A stretch of DNA of 63,891 nucleotides, filler included, from Octopus bimaculoides (lineage: Eukaryota): the NCBI RefSeq assembly GCF_001194135.2. It is 5 parts of 4 records of this genome, joined end to end, with 100 filler letters (N's around TTAATTAATTAA, not from the genome) between each part and the next. Parts side by side here need not be neighbours in the genome. Positions count along the whole stretch, not along the records: positions 1 to 29,059 come from NC_068987.1; 4 more parts are not named here. One strand, written 5' to 3'. Under the pieces are notes generated by a model that saw only the letters and a program-made list of their open reading frames with translations, did no database searches and had not been told where the DNA came from. Shown here in pieces: positions 12,106 through 24,700 of this stretch. Each line of letters starts with the position of its first letter. Within the stretch, counting starts at the first letter, position 1. A program made the position numbers and the translations under genes.

Positions 12106-13332
12106 CTGGAAAAAAACAAATAATAAAAACCTTTCAACCAGATTAATAATGATTTCTGATTTAGGCACAAGTCAAACAATTTTGAGGGGGATGGGGGTTA
12201 GTGATACTACTGAACCTAGTACTAAACTGATACTTTATTTTATCTGCCCTGAAAGGATGAAAGATAAAGCTGAGACCTTGTGGGATTTGAACTTAGAATG
12301 TAGAGAGCCTGAACAAACAATTTTTTCTGATACCTTAATAATTTTTCTACCTCACCACTTTTGGTTTCTGATTTATACACAACTCCACTAATTTTGAGAT
12401 GAGAGTGTTAGTTGATACCATCAGCCCCAGTACTTGACTGGTATTTTATTTTATCAACTTTAGAGGGATGAAAGACAAGGTGGACTTTGATGTAAAAGAA
12501 ATAGCAAAAGGCATTGTTTTTCCTGATGTTCTAACAATTCTCCAAGCTCATCATCTTCCAACCAGATTAATAGTACATGGTAAACTTACAATTTGTGAAA
12601 ATATACATACAGTTAACAATAACATTGACTTTTCATTTACTTTGTGGTGTCAAAATTTTAATCACACAACAGCAAACCTGGTCATTTGCAGTGGAACTGT
12701 ATCAATGTGCAGTGGGACAATGAAGATTTTGCTGCCTCACAAAATAAATCAATAGTGAATATAGCAATTTTTGTGTTAATACATGACAAATTTTTAGCAT
12801 TTAAACTGGCCATATTTGAATCAAATCTTCTATCTGTTTTATGTTCAAATTGGCCAGATCTAGTTTCTCATACCTTCCCCACAATGTCATTCTAAAAATA
12901 GATACTTACATCACTGCAATCTTTTTTCTAGAAGATGATGTGCAATTAATTCAAAATGGTGAATAAATAAGTATTACATTTGACAGAGTAATCTGAATGC
13001 TAAAGGGTTCAATGACTTTTCCATGATGTAACTACTTCCATTACCAAAAATGATCTTAGTTGCAGTCACTTGCCAAACAAATACGACTTTGAAGTTAGGG
13101 TTGGCTAACTCCTTATTTAAAAATATGATAGAAAGATAATCTTTCTGGCTGTCATTAAAAACTGATGGGAAAATGGGTTTCTCTTCTGTATCATCCTTAG
13201 TGAAAATGAAATCGCTGATGGTGTGTTTTAAAAGCTTATTAATGGTTATAAGACATGTCTATTTTATAACAAGGAATATTAAATGAAGTATAACTTTAAA
13301 ACAAAGAGAATTATCTTCAAAAAATTACTTAC

Positions 13333-13506
13333 ATAAGCATTTCCATATGGTACTAAGCCAAGGTTCATAATTGATTTAAGTTTTATAAAAGTAGGAAACA
13401 ACTGTTTAATGATGAAGTTTTGGCAATCAGGACAGAGGGTTTCATAATAGAGAGTAAAATTAATGAATTGATTACGAGATTTCCACACAGCACATTGATT
13501 CAATAC
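13333..13506 (-). CDS. IFI30: GILT-like exon 2 (CxxC active site)
   Basis: Acceptor ttttcAG, donor GTAAGT; 174 nt = VLNQCAVWKSRNQFINFTLYYETLCPDCQNFIIKQLFPTFIKLKSIMNLGLVPYGNAY. Contains YYETLCPDC and LVPYGNA, typical GILT motifs. Confidence 0.95.
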
Positions 13507-14341
13507 CTGAAAATTTATTTAAAAAAAAGTAAAATGAAAAGAAAGTAAAACAAGAAAATTTATTATGAACTGGACACCATAAGAAATACAGTTTTTGTAG
13601 GTTTCCTAATAATAGTAAATAAAATTATGTAAATTTGTCCCAAGGAGTATTTAAGGACTTAGCTTTTAGGAGTATTTAAGTGCTTAGCCCTGGTTTCATG
13701 GTATTAACTCTATTGTTAATAGTTCTTGATGTTTCAAATACTTTCTTTTTACGAAAGGGAAAAACATTAAAAACTTGGATGAGATAAAAGAAATTTTTAT
13801 ACTTGGAAGGTATTGTTACATGCAAGAAATCATTATCTAGTGGTTGTTGCAGAATTAATCATACACATGCCACTGCTGCCATTTAAAGTTCACTTTTCAT
13901 GCTTGCATGGATCAGATGGAATTTGTTAAAGTAGAACTTTTACAGTTGGAACCCCTTTTTCTTGTCAACCTTCACTTGTTTCCAGGCAAGGTAATATTTC
14001 CCCATGGCCAGACATGTTTTCCACAGAAAACTGGAAATGAAGTACATCATTCACATGATGATAATGCTCATTTACAACCTTTATGTGATATCTAGACAAG
14101 GGTATACATGCACACATGAGAGGTTGCTTTAATTTCCACTTATCAGATCCACTCACAAGATCTTGGTCAGCTATAGTAGAAGACATTTACCCAAGGTGCC
14201 ACACAGTGAGGCAGTATCCAAGAACGCTCAGTTAGGAAACAAGCTGCTAAATTACACAACCATAAAAGACAATTACAAACATGGTCACATTTTTATTATG
14301 GTATTTAAAAAAATATATTTTTTTTACAATGTTAAAGTGTG

Positions 14342-15640
14342 TAAAACATTAAAAAAAATATTTTATAATGTTCATAAAGTTCAATTAGAGCTTTCATATG
14401 TTCATAGTAATCATCAGATTTCAAAATGCATTTGACTGACAGTTGAGTTCTTGACAACTGTAGTAAAATGACTAACTTCTTCCTTTTTGTACCTCTTAGA
14501 AGGCTCCAACAAGACAATTTTTTGGAATATGGTTTTGACCAATCTGCATGCAGCTTAAACTTCATGGTTTGCTGGGCGTACCGATATTACTGGCATAGAT
14601 CTTGCCTTTATTTTAACCAATTAGCTTGCAGTTTACATGTCGCAGTTTTATGAGTGAGCAAACTTAGTTGGTTTCAATCATTTTTATTTCAATTGGTGGG
14701 AGTCTTCTGTAATTTGTTTATATTCATATGTTAAAGATATTTTTTAATCCACATCATTAACTGGTTGTTATTTCCGTTCAGAACAGGTTTGAACATTTTG
14801 ATGAACCGTTTTTCTTTTATCTTTCTTCCAATCTCACTTGTGTCATGTAGTTTGTGGAAAGATAAAATTAGAAACATTTTTTGACCATGTGGCTCTATAT
14901 GTTCACTCAATGGAATTTGGTGAACATTGGTGTTCCAGATTTGTTGTCTGTGGACTTGTGAGCATTCCGATAATGCATTCCCTGTGTCGCCAATTGCATT
15001 CTGTTGTTTTGGGCAGATGTGACAGGAAATTGATGTTATCCTGAATGAAACTGGGTATGTGACTACATAGTGGTTTTAGGATAATGTTAATGAGGTTACT
15101 CAGATGATGTGTAGGACAGGCTGAACTAGCTATAATGGGTCTTAGTTTAAGGTCTTTTTGTTGTAGTGGTTCTATGTATTCACTACCTTGTTCCTTTAAA
15201 GCATTTTGCATTTCTTTTGACTCATGTATTTTAGGTAAGCCCTAGAAGTTGCTGGATTTTGACTCAAAATTGGTAATATAGTCTCTTTACATTGTTTTGA
15301 GACTAAATAATTGAGTTTCTTCATCATGTGGTGGTCAATATTTGAGGGTATTTCATGGTAGAACAATCAGTTAATGATGTAGATTAAAAAATATCTCTAA
15401 CATGAATATAAACAAATTACAGAATATTGGTACACCTGGAAAACTGTGATATTTAAGTTACATGCAGATTGGTCAAAACTGTTTTCTAAAAATTCAACTT
15501 GTTGGAGCTTTCTAAGAGGTACTATAGTTGTCAAGAACTCAACTGTCAGCAAAACACATTTGAAATCTGATAATTACTCTATGTATGAAAGCAATGATTT
15601 AACTCTATGAGCATTACAAAATATATTTTTTAATGTTTTA
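14342..15640 (-). mobile_element. Second Penelope-like element, internally deleted, flanked by inverted repeats
   Basis: RT N-terminus LKLRPIIASSACPTHHLSNLINIILKPLCSHIPSFIQD is joined near 15010 to GIY-YIG IGDTG..VHRQQIW..LSEHI..KEKRFIKMFKPVLN. Inverted arms: 14342-14560/15451-15640 and 14705-14769/15362-15424. Confidence 0.88.
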
Positions 15641-15650
15641 TTGTGTCTTA

Positions 15651-15924
15651 TCTTTTAGTGCCTTATTAATTTAACACATTTACGGGTCTGATTTCCACTC
15701 ATTTACTTATTTATTTTTACTAAAATTTTCGTTGTGTCTTGCAACCTTTTCAATAGTTGTTAACTCTGTTATTGGCACTGCATTCTTTTTTTTTGTTTCT
15801 TTGTGCACATTCATCAGTGTGTGTGTGCATACACACATGTGTATGTGTATGTGTGCGTGCGCGCGCATGTATGTGTGTATGCATAAGCACATGTTTGTAT
15901 GTATGTACTTTGCATGTCTGTGTG

Positions 15925-15957
<33 letters not shown>

Positions 15958-16260
15958 TCTGCATATCCATGTGCTTGTGTGTTCATGTTTGTGTGTTTGT
16001 GCTTATGTTTGTGTGCGTCTATGTATGGGTTTGTGCGACTATATAAACTGTGATCATATATGCACACACACATACATATATACATATGTGTATACACAGG
16101 CACACACATACGCACAAACAAAGAAACAAACAAAAAGATGAATCTCTGATAACAGACAGTCATTGACTATTGAAAAAGTTGCAAGACACAACAAAACTTT
16201 TAGAAAAAAATGAGGGGAAATCGAACCGGTGAGTGTGTTAAATAATAAGGCACTAAAAGA
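15651..16260. repeat. Inverted repeat (about 100 bp arms) enclosing (GT/AT)n microsatellites
   Basis: 15651-15757 is the reverse complement of about 16166-16260. Confidence 0.8.
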
Positions 16261-16589
16261 GAATGACTATCCCCAGACACAATACAATAAATATGTTATG
16301 TATTATGCACACAAAGTATATGAACTAAAATGAAAAAAACACTACATATTTTGAATTGGAAATGAAGTTACAGAAAGATACAGGAATGTAAAATAAAACA
16401 TACATTCTCTCGTTCATCTGTCTCTCTGCAAATATGATTAACAAGAAACAAAAGGGTAACGAGAAGAAAAAGATAATGAAACAAAAGTCTGTCCAAGGAA
16501 AAGCTTAAAGTCTGATAAATTTACAGAAAAACAAAAACAAACTAAAAAAAAAATAATAATTTGCATTTATTGTGTTTGTCACCCTTCCT

Positions 16590-16945
16590 CGACTAGCCTC
16601 TCGCTTCTCTCAGGTTGCCCACCGGCACTGACGTTGTGCATGCAGACCCCTTCCGACTGTGTCAAAAGGTTTCTAGTCCAGGTCAATCGCAAACTAATTG
16701 AAGCCGACATTTCTATCGCAGTGCGCGTGCTAGTCTCAAGGTAGTGCTCGACAACAGGGTCGATTCTTCCACAGGTGTGCAGCAGGGTGCCCCTCTGGGT
16801 CCGCTCATTTTTGCATGGGCTGTTGATGTTACTCGATCAGTCCACTCGCACTTCCATGCCTGGTACTTGGATGACGTACCCCTGGGTAGCTCGGCTGAGT
16901 CTGTAGTAAGGGACCTTCAGCAGGTCACAACTACCTTTATCTTTA
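16590..16945 (+). mobile_element. CRE-like non-LTR reverse transcriptase fragment
   Basis: SSTGVQQGAPLGPLIFAWAV...HAWYLDD..G....VVRDLQQV matches the QQGDPLGP / WYLDD pattern of CRE-clade RTs. Confidence 0.7.
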
Positions 16946-17800
16946 TATCTACCTCCTTTCACATGACTTAGTAGTAAGTAGTAACCCACAACTAGAAACT
17001 GACGTTTGTATTCTATTTACAACTCGAAGAAGTTGGGAATAGGTAATGGTTGAATTAAAGTTATGTTAACTATAAACTATTTCTTCTGTCAAATTATTTC
17101 CAAAAAACCTGAAACCATTTACGCAACTTGCAGCTTTTCTTCAAATGTAACCTTTTCCACTTTACTCAAGCTGCCTCTACCAACCTTATTAGCCCTGTCA
17201 TTGAATGTGTTAATGTGTGTAACTAAGATTTTTTGTTGTTTTTTTAATCCGTACGAAAATTACCTGCATCCTGTTAGTTTTGTGACACTCGATAATACTG
17301 TCATATTTTTATGCATATTACCAAGGAAGAAGACAACTTGGTTGTCTTAAAACATAAACTCATTGAGTAATGTAGTCAGCTGAAGGGATGCTCAAGGCCA
17401 GAACGTTTGCGACCAGTAGTCTACTCGTTCAAGACTGATCTGAGGTTAATTAACAAAATATGCATTCAAATAAAATATTTCAACGATAGAAATTATTTTG
17501 TTTCTAATGATTTCTCTTTACCTAGACACACAACCAAATTTGTAAGGGATTACTTATTTATATACATAATCGAATATGTTGTTGTTATCCATCTCAGACG
17601 AGTAGAAGTTAGGTTCGACGCCGTAATGGATTTGAAGAATGCAACGTAAGACAGAAGACAACACAAAAAACTTTAATGCATCTCCGTCATCTCGACATCC
17701 CTAATTAAAACAGAAATAAAATATCTAAGAATATTCTCTTTATCTCCTCTATTAATAATGTTACAGCTGTTTTCTACATACATAAACATGTATCACTTAC

Positions 17801-17947
17801 TTTACATTTGTTCGCTATCTCTTGCGAAGAACACCAAACACTGGGCGGCACATTGCAGTCTGTTGGAAATGTCTCCGACATCAGATTACCAGCTAGCATT
17901 ATTAGACTGATAAAAGCTACCATCATGTTAAGTGGAAGGAAAGCCAT
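17801..17947 (-). CDS. IFI30: GILT (gamma-interferon-inducible lysosomal thiol reductase)-like, coding exon 1: signal peptide and start of saposin A-type module
   Basis: ATG at 17947 (the ORF-track start at 17968 is TTG). 147 nt = MAFLPLNMMVAFISLIMLAGNLMSETFPTDCNVPPSVWCSSQEIANKCK. Phase-0 donor GTAAGT at 17800-17795. Hydrophobic N-terminus; CxxPPxxWCxSxExAxxC matches the SapA pattern. Confidence 0.88.
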
Positions 17948-18097
17948 GATTGAAATGAAATAGGTCAATGAGAGAAGGAAAAGAGGATGGTGTAAACATT
18001 ACACTTAAAGTCCAACTGTTTTTGTTTTCAAGAATAATAATATTTTTAGTTGCACACACACACACCCGTGTGCGTGTCTGTACCTTTAAAATGTTAC

Positions 18098-18559
18098 GGT
18101 AGAGATGGACTATATGTAATCTGAACCTTTCCCCACCTTATTTATTAATATTTTTTTACGGAATCCCACGTTTTAGGCTATGGAGATTCCGATTCTGAAA
18201 AAAAGATTTCTGAAAATTTTCAATCCCCCCCCCCACACCAAGCAGGCTATTTACATGCTAGAAATAACAGCCAAATCGCACAAAACTAGTGTTAGGGTTA
18301 GGGTCAGGGTTACGGTTACGGTTACGGTTACGGTTACGGTTACGGTCAGGGTTAGGGTTAGGGTTAGGGTTTGAGTTAGGGTTAGGTTTACCCTGTGGAT
18401 CTATATAAAAACCAGGGGGGTTGTCGAAATTTTGAAATTGAGATTTTTGAAAAAGATTTTTCAGAATCGGAATCTCCTTAGCCTAAAACGTGGGATTCTG
18501 TAAAAAGAATAATAAAACAAGGGGGGAAAGGTTCAGATTACATATAGTCCATCTGGACC
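18098..18559. mobile_element. MITE with about 130-bp TIRs, 8-bp TSD and telomere-like core (Merlin-like termini)
   Basis: Ends GGTAGAGATGGAC / GTCCATCTGGACC; TSD AATGTTAC at 18090-18097 and 18560-18567; (TTAGGG/TTACGG)n core at about 18291-18388. Confidence 0.9.
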
Positions 18560-19929
18560 AATGTTACTAGAAACATTTCTCGACATAGTTACAATATTTG
18601 AAAAAAAGATTTTCTTAAATTAAAAATTATTAATTATATTTAAAGATATATTAAAAAAAAAAAAGATTGACGCATCTGACGGTCTGTGTTAATCTGCAGT
18701 TTTTTTTCCATCTTTTACTTGTTTCAATCAGTGAACTGCGACCATGCTGGGGCACCGCCTTAAAGAATTTTAGTCAAATAAAATCAACTCCAGTACTTAT
18801 TATTTGTTTCTAAAGCCTGGAACTTATTCTATCNNNNNNNNNNNNNNNNNNNNNNNNNNNNNNNNNNNNNNNNNNNNNNNNNNNNNNNNNNNNNNNNNNN
18901 NNNNNNNNNNNNNNNNNNNNNNNNNNNNNNNNNNNNNNNNNNNNNNNNNNNNNNNNNNNNNNNNNNNNNNNNNNNNNNNNNNNNNNNNNNNNNNNNNNNN
19001 NNNNNNNNNNNNNNNNNNNNNNNNNNNNNNNNNNNNNNNNNNNNNNNNNNNNNNNNNNNNNNNNNNNNNNNNNNNNNNNNNNNNNNNNNNNNNNNNNNNN
19101 NNNNNNNNNNNNNNNNNNNNNNNNNNNNNNNNNNNNNNNNNNNNNAACCCAGAACCATGTGGTTGGGAAGAAAACTTGATGGGTTTTTTTCTATATAATT
19201 AATAATTTATAATTTAAGAATTTGTTCAACTATGTTTGTGCGCATGTATGCATTATGTAGAATCTATGTTTAGGGCCAATGAGAGGGATGGGGTAAAGCC
19301 AAGGAGGGCCCATGACTATCTGTTGCTCTCACCCTGGAGAAAAAAAAAAGGGCTCAACACTTGAATTTTAAGAAGGCCACTTCCCAGCTTGGGGCCCGAA
19401 ATTACTTTTGTTCCGCTTTGCTAGATTTCTCTCAGAGGCCCTCTGTTGTGTGTGCATGTGTGTGATTGCATGCATGTAAGTATGTCTCTTCTATTTTTTA
19501 ATTATTATAAATCTTCCATTGAGGAGGGAGCCAGTTTCCAACAAGGATACAAGACTCTATCTTTGGGATGTAGTTAACACATATAAATTCACATTTGGAA
19601 CTTGAGAAAAGTCTTGCATATATTTACTATTCTACTCATAAATTGCACTTGTACGAATTATCTGGTCAATTTCTGTTTCTAAAAATCGACTTTATCCAGA
19701 TTCTCCTTTAAGCATTTACTAACAAAACCTAGTGCTCCAATTATTTGCATGAATAGTCTGGATATAGAAGCTGGAGGTCTCGGAGCAGTTGTCCATAGAT
19801 ATCCTCCTTTCCTTTGATTTTCAAAGAGATATTTATATCTGCACACCTTGTGAACCATATATCTGGATATAGCATGTGGTACAAAATCGAGTAGAGTTGA
19901 CACTTTGGTTTACTTGGGCAGCATGAGAG

Positions 19930-20547
19930 ATGACTTCCTAGATGCAGAAATACATCTATGCATTCTGTAGCATTTAAGAAGCTTGAAAAGAAAGTCTGGA
20001 CAAATCACATCAGCAAGACTAGACTGAACATTAACAAGGCTGGCACACACTTCTGAACATGGACAGTACACCAGAGACAGTATACCAAGAACTAGGAAGA
20101 ACTAACTCTGGAAAGAGCTGAGTGGAGGAAATATATAAGAGAAGGTTGTAAAATTTTGGAGAGAGTCACCTTGAGCATGAAAGCTTAAAATGCTGGCTTT
20201 GGAAGGGCTGTCATCAGAACTTCCATGAGAACATAAAGTGCTAGAGGTGTGAAATGTGTGGCTGTATATGCCTTTCCAAGGCTGGGTATGTCAATCATCT
20301 GAAGTTCCATGAAAGTCCCATGTATGCAACAACCTTCCTCCTAAACATGTAGATTCAATGTGTGTTCTGTGTGAAAGGGCTTGCAAGTCAATTTTGGGTT
20401 TGAAGAGACATATGGTAATTCACAGAGATTGTATCTCACAAAGTGATCCAATCAATCTAGTGGAAGCTACAACTTCTGTCTGTCACCTATGCTTCAAACC
20501 ACACAGATCTGCACTGGGATTGAATAGTTATCTGAGAGACCATTGAT
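19930..20547 (+). mobile_element. Decayed RTE/BovB-like LINE 3' end with three C2H2 zinc fingers
   Basis: EELTLERAEWRKYIREGC, then CEMCGCICLSKAGYVNHLKFH, CVLCERACKSILGLKRHMVIH and CHLCFKPHRSALGLNSYLRDH*. Confidence 0.7.
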
Positions 20548-20691
20548 GAAAAACCAGAAATGCTATTGACAAAAAAGGAAGCTCAGAGAGATGGCAATCA
20601 TCTATGAAGATGGAGCAATCACCATGTATGTTTGTATAGGTATGTATATTTGTATGCATGCATGAATGTGTGTGTATGTATATGTGTATAT

Positions 20692-21735
20692 CATCATTTA
20701 CTGCCCATTGTCAATGCTGGCATGGGTTGGACAGTTTGATCAGAGCTTGCAAGATGGGAAGCTGCACCAAACTCCTGTCTGATTTGGCATGGTTTCTATT
20801 GCTGGATGTTCTTCCTAACACCAACTGCTTTACAGAGTATGCTGGGTACTTTTATGTGGTACTGCACAGGCACTTTTACATGGTGTTGCACAAGCACTTT
20901 TATGTGACACTGCCATGAGTACTTTTCACCACCAGAGGGACTGGTCTTTACACTTCTGCTGTGGAGTACAGCAGGGTGCCAAGCATCTCAGTCCTTTGTC
21001 ATCTTACCTGGAAGGTTCAGTATCCTGAAGTCATTCTTCAGTACTTTGTCCTATGTCTTCCTGGGTCTCCCACTTCTATGAGATCGGCACTTTCTTATGG
21101 AACTACTGGCATCCATCCACATCACATGACCAAACCAGTGCAATCTTCTCTCTTGCACACAGTGACTAATTTCTCTTATACCTAACTTTCTCAAAACACT
21201 AATGCTCTGTCAAACATGTACACTTCTAGCAGAGCATACTAGCCTCATTCCTTTCTAACTTTTGAATGTCCTCAGCATTCAGGGCCCATATCTCACTTCC
21301 ATGTAGAATTGCTGTCTGTATGCACGCCTCATACAATCTTCCTTTCAATTGGAGAGAGAAACCTTTTGTAGCCAGTAGAAGTAACAGCTCTCTGAATTTC
21401 CTCTATCCTATTCTTATTCTACTGTCACACTGTGCATCCCACCCCCACTACTAATTTGGTCCGCTATGTAGCATAAATTATCTACTACCTGCAGTGAGCC
21501 ACCAGGGCATTTGAGTGAATCAATTTCCCAAGTTTCTAAAGTTTTTATGGAGCCTGTGCATCATCCACATATGAAAACTATCTTCTCTAATAACCTTCCC
21601 ATTAATCTACTGCACCTCTTGTGTGTCCATAGCTTACACTGGGTACACCGTATGGAATTCCTGCCTAAACCTTTCCTACAAATCAAACAGGGCCGCCTAC
21701 ATGAGTAGGGAAGGGTCCTGTCAGTTTTCTTGCTT
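20692..21735 (-). mobile_element. Second copy (3' part) of the RTE LINE at 2920-4955
   Basis: CLICRKGLGRNSIRCTQCKLWTHKRCS, IRIGxRKFRELLLLLATK and a homologous 3' UTR in reverse orientation. Confidence 0.9.
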
Positions 21736-24700
21736 ATGATTTCATCTAAAGTTATATATAAAAGCAATTTAATGTTAAATTGAAGGATCACTCAGTACTT
21801 TTTAGTGGTGAAGCTTCTGCTGAGTTATGAACCATTTCAGTCAGATCCCCAATTTAGGACCATGACCAAAATATATCACCATAAAAGGCAAGACCAGCTA
21901 TGAGAAATCATCTGCATCACCATAAAAGTTATTAACACATCCATATACATGGTTTGACCAATAAGGTCAGCTGGTGTGTTATTAAATAGTAATGGACTTG
22001 AAAGTAACATTTGCAAATTTTCCCACCAAACAGTTGTGCTTAAGGTTCTAGAAGTTTTGAGATAATGTTATAAAAGCTAGCATACTGAACACCTAAGTAA
22101 GACAACCTCAGATGCTACACTGAAATTTGTAGATTGGTTTTGTGATAAGGTGTCTTTAATAACCATAAATGATTTTAGCATACGTATCTAAAATATTCTG
22201 CAGTGAAGGCTTATGGCTGTGACATCACATCACACTTTGAAGGTTAGACATTTGCAATCTAAGAACAAGAGATTGCTACTAAATACCTAATAAACAGAAG
22301 AGACAGTGAAGCCCTTTGAACCCAAAGATGCAACTAAAAATGTAGATTCAGTCACAGTTCAAGGGAAGATATCACATGATTAGCAGTTGCTTGGAAATGT
22401 CATCAAGGTACTATGTCACTGTGTAACACACAACTGTCACTAAAACAATATACATTGCCATTTGAAAGATTGTCCTGAAATAAATATAGAGAAGTTCCCC
22501 TGTTATTGAATACATACACAAACATCAATGCAAGGAATAGTGCTGGAACATTCCCATCAAAACTTTTGTCATGTAAAACCTTAATAGACTGATGGATGGG
22601 TGGATTGATACATACATGTCTGTCTGTATGTATGTATCTTCATTGGAGCCACTTGAATGAAATCATGGGTGCATTCTTACTTATAATAGAAACAGCTCTA
22701 AGTTTATGAAAGTGATTACATAACTCTTGTTCTTTTGTTATTCATTAATTGATATTACACTCTGTAAAGTATAAGTGTATTAAGTTCAAACACTTGGTTG
22801 TTAGTATCAGTAGGACTAAGCAGAACCATAATGTGTGTGTATGTGCGTGTGTGTGTGTGTATACAAACATATTCTATCAATTGTAAAGCAATAACAAAAA
22901 TATTTAATACTAGAATAATAAATTAAAGAAGATTAAAGAAGCCAGCTACATAACTACAGTGTATTTTTTTCATTAATTCAAAATAAAATTTAAAATATGA
23001 TATTTATTTCATAACTCATTAGGTTCTTCAGTTCCATGAAAATTTTACTTTTCATGCCATTGTTGAACAAATTGTTTCAAGCCAAGTCTCTCAGCCATGA
23101 AATCTGATGATGAATTCTAAGATTGAAAAAGAAAAATCCTGCAATAAATGCATTCCTATCTCACTTGTACTTCTTCAAACATGTAAAAAAAAAAAAAAAT
23201 GTTACAGAAATATAATAATTTCAATTTAGAGTTTGGCATCAGCTGATGAATCGAGTTCTTGATATTGCTTGCTCTGAGTGAAAATTGCTGAGCTTGCATT
23301 TACTATTTCACAGCTCACACTCACTTGTAGCAAATTGTATGACAAGTCATAACACACCACCTAAGCCTCTTGTCTATTATATTCTACCATACCCCTACCT
23401 TCCATCTTCTCTGTTCTGTGAATGATCTCGCCTTTTGTTTTTGTTACTAGGTTTTTGTATTTTTATTTGGATTTAGAAATTTTAAATTGTTTAGAACATG
23501 TGTGATGCTCCCACATTTTAAATCACTGGTTGATCATCTAGTTTTTGAAACTGATAAACATAAACAACTAAATTCATTCAATGCTAAGTACTCCTGACGA
23601 ATTCAGGAGAAAAGTCACTGGAGGAAAGCAACAGAACTGAAATTCATAGAAGAAAAACACAAGATATTGAAGTGCTCTGGATTTATGTTTTTTGTTTCTT
23701 ATTTAAAATGTTTTACTCTATTACGCATCTTTAATGCTGAAGAGGAGTTTGAGGTTACTGCATTTGCAGCTGAATGAAGTAATATACCAAAATACGGCAA
23801 ATTGTCAGTAAGTTCTATCTTTTTATCTGAGACATTTTGGGGAGCTGGACCTCTGACTAGGAAATTTGGGGTTTTGTTAGTGTATTATCTCACTGGCGTA
23901 TTAAATGATGGCACCTGAGATACCCATTGTAATGCCATGAAAGTTTTTGGTTGCCACAATATTGTTTTGAGGGGAGCATCAGTATCATTTCAAGAGCTGT
24001 ATTATGGGGGGGGGGGGGAGTGTGTGTGTGTATAACAATTAAGTGTAACAAGTAGGGGATCTCCAAATGTAACTGTATAACTGTAACTTTTAGATCATTG
24101 TATAGTGGCGATGTCGTAAGTTAGAGAGGAGGCTGAGAAAGGTTGCATGTGCATAGTTAATAATTTTAGGATGCATTGAAAGAAATTGACACATGATGGT
24201 TTTTTTACTCATCAATGATCTTATTCAACTGTTACAAAGTTTTTCTTAACTGCTACATGTTGGAAGTAACTATAAATGTTAGTCAGTTTTAATAGACATC
24301 TTGTGGTAGTTGAAAGAAGCTGTTACTAAGTTGATGTGAAACTTTTGTGAAGTTGCCATTGATGACAAGTTAACTACCAGCAAGTGGCAGAATAAAAAAT
24401 AAAGAGAATTAATTCTCTGAAAGTTATAGAGGAAAAGTGAATATTTTTCTACAGGTAACTTGAACTTGATCAATAACACAGGAATTGGATGAGCTATCTA
24501 AATTGAACTCTATTTACCTGAAATGGTGGCTGACTTGGTGAGTGACACAATCTAATTTTGAGTACAGATATCAAGAAAAGTGGAAACCAGTGTGAAGACA
24601 AGGGTTAGGTTCTTGGGTATGAATTCTGTGTATATCTCTTACATGTGTGTGTATTTGTCATATGCTGGTGGTTGCCACGATAGTAGACATGGTTTGTGCA

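Noticed and set aside
18291-18388. (TTAGGG)n as a true telomere or chromosome-fusion scar
   Set aside because: Short, degenerate and enclosed within MITE TIRs with a TSD; present in both MITE copies.
16590-18388. CRE-like element targeting the telomere repeat (as fungal relatives do)
   Set aside because: The CRE fragments do not abut the TTAGGG tracts.
23045-23120. Possible minus-strand terminal exon (NSSSDFMAERLGLKQFVQQWHEK*)
   Set aside because: Phase incompatible with the 27309-27341 candidate and no recognisable homology.
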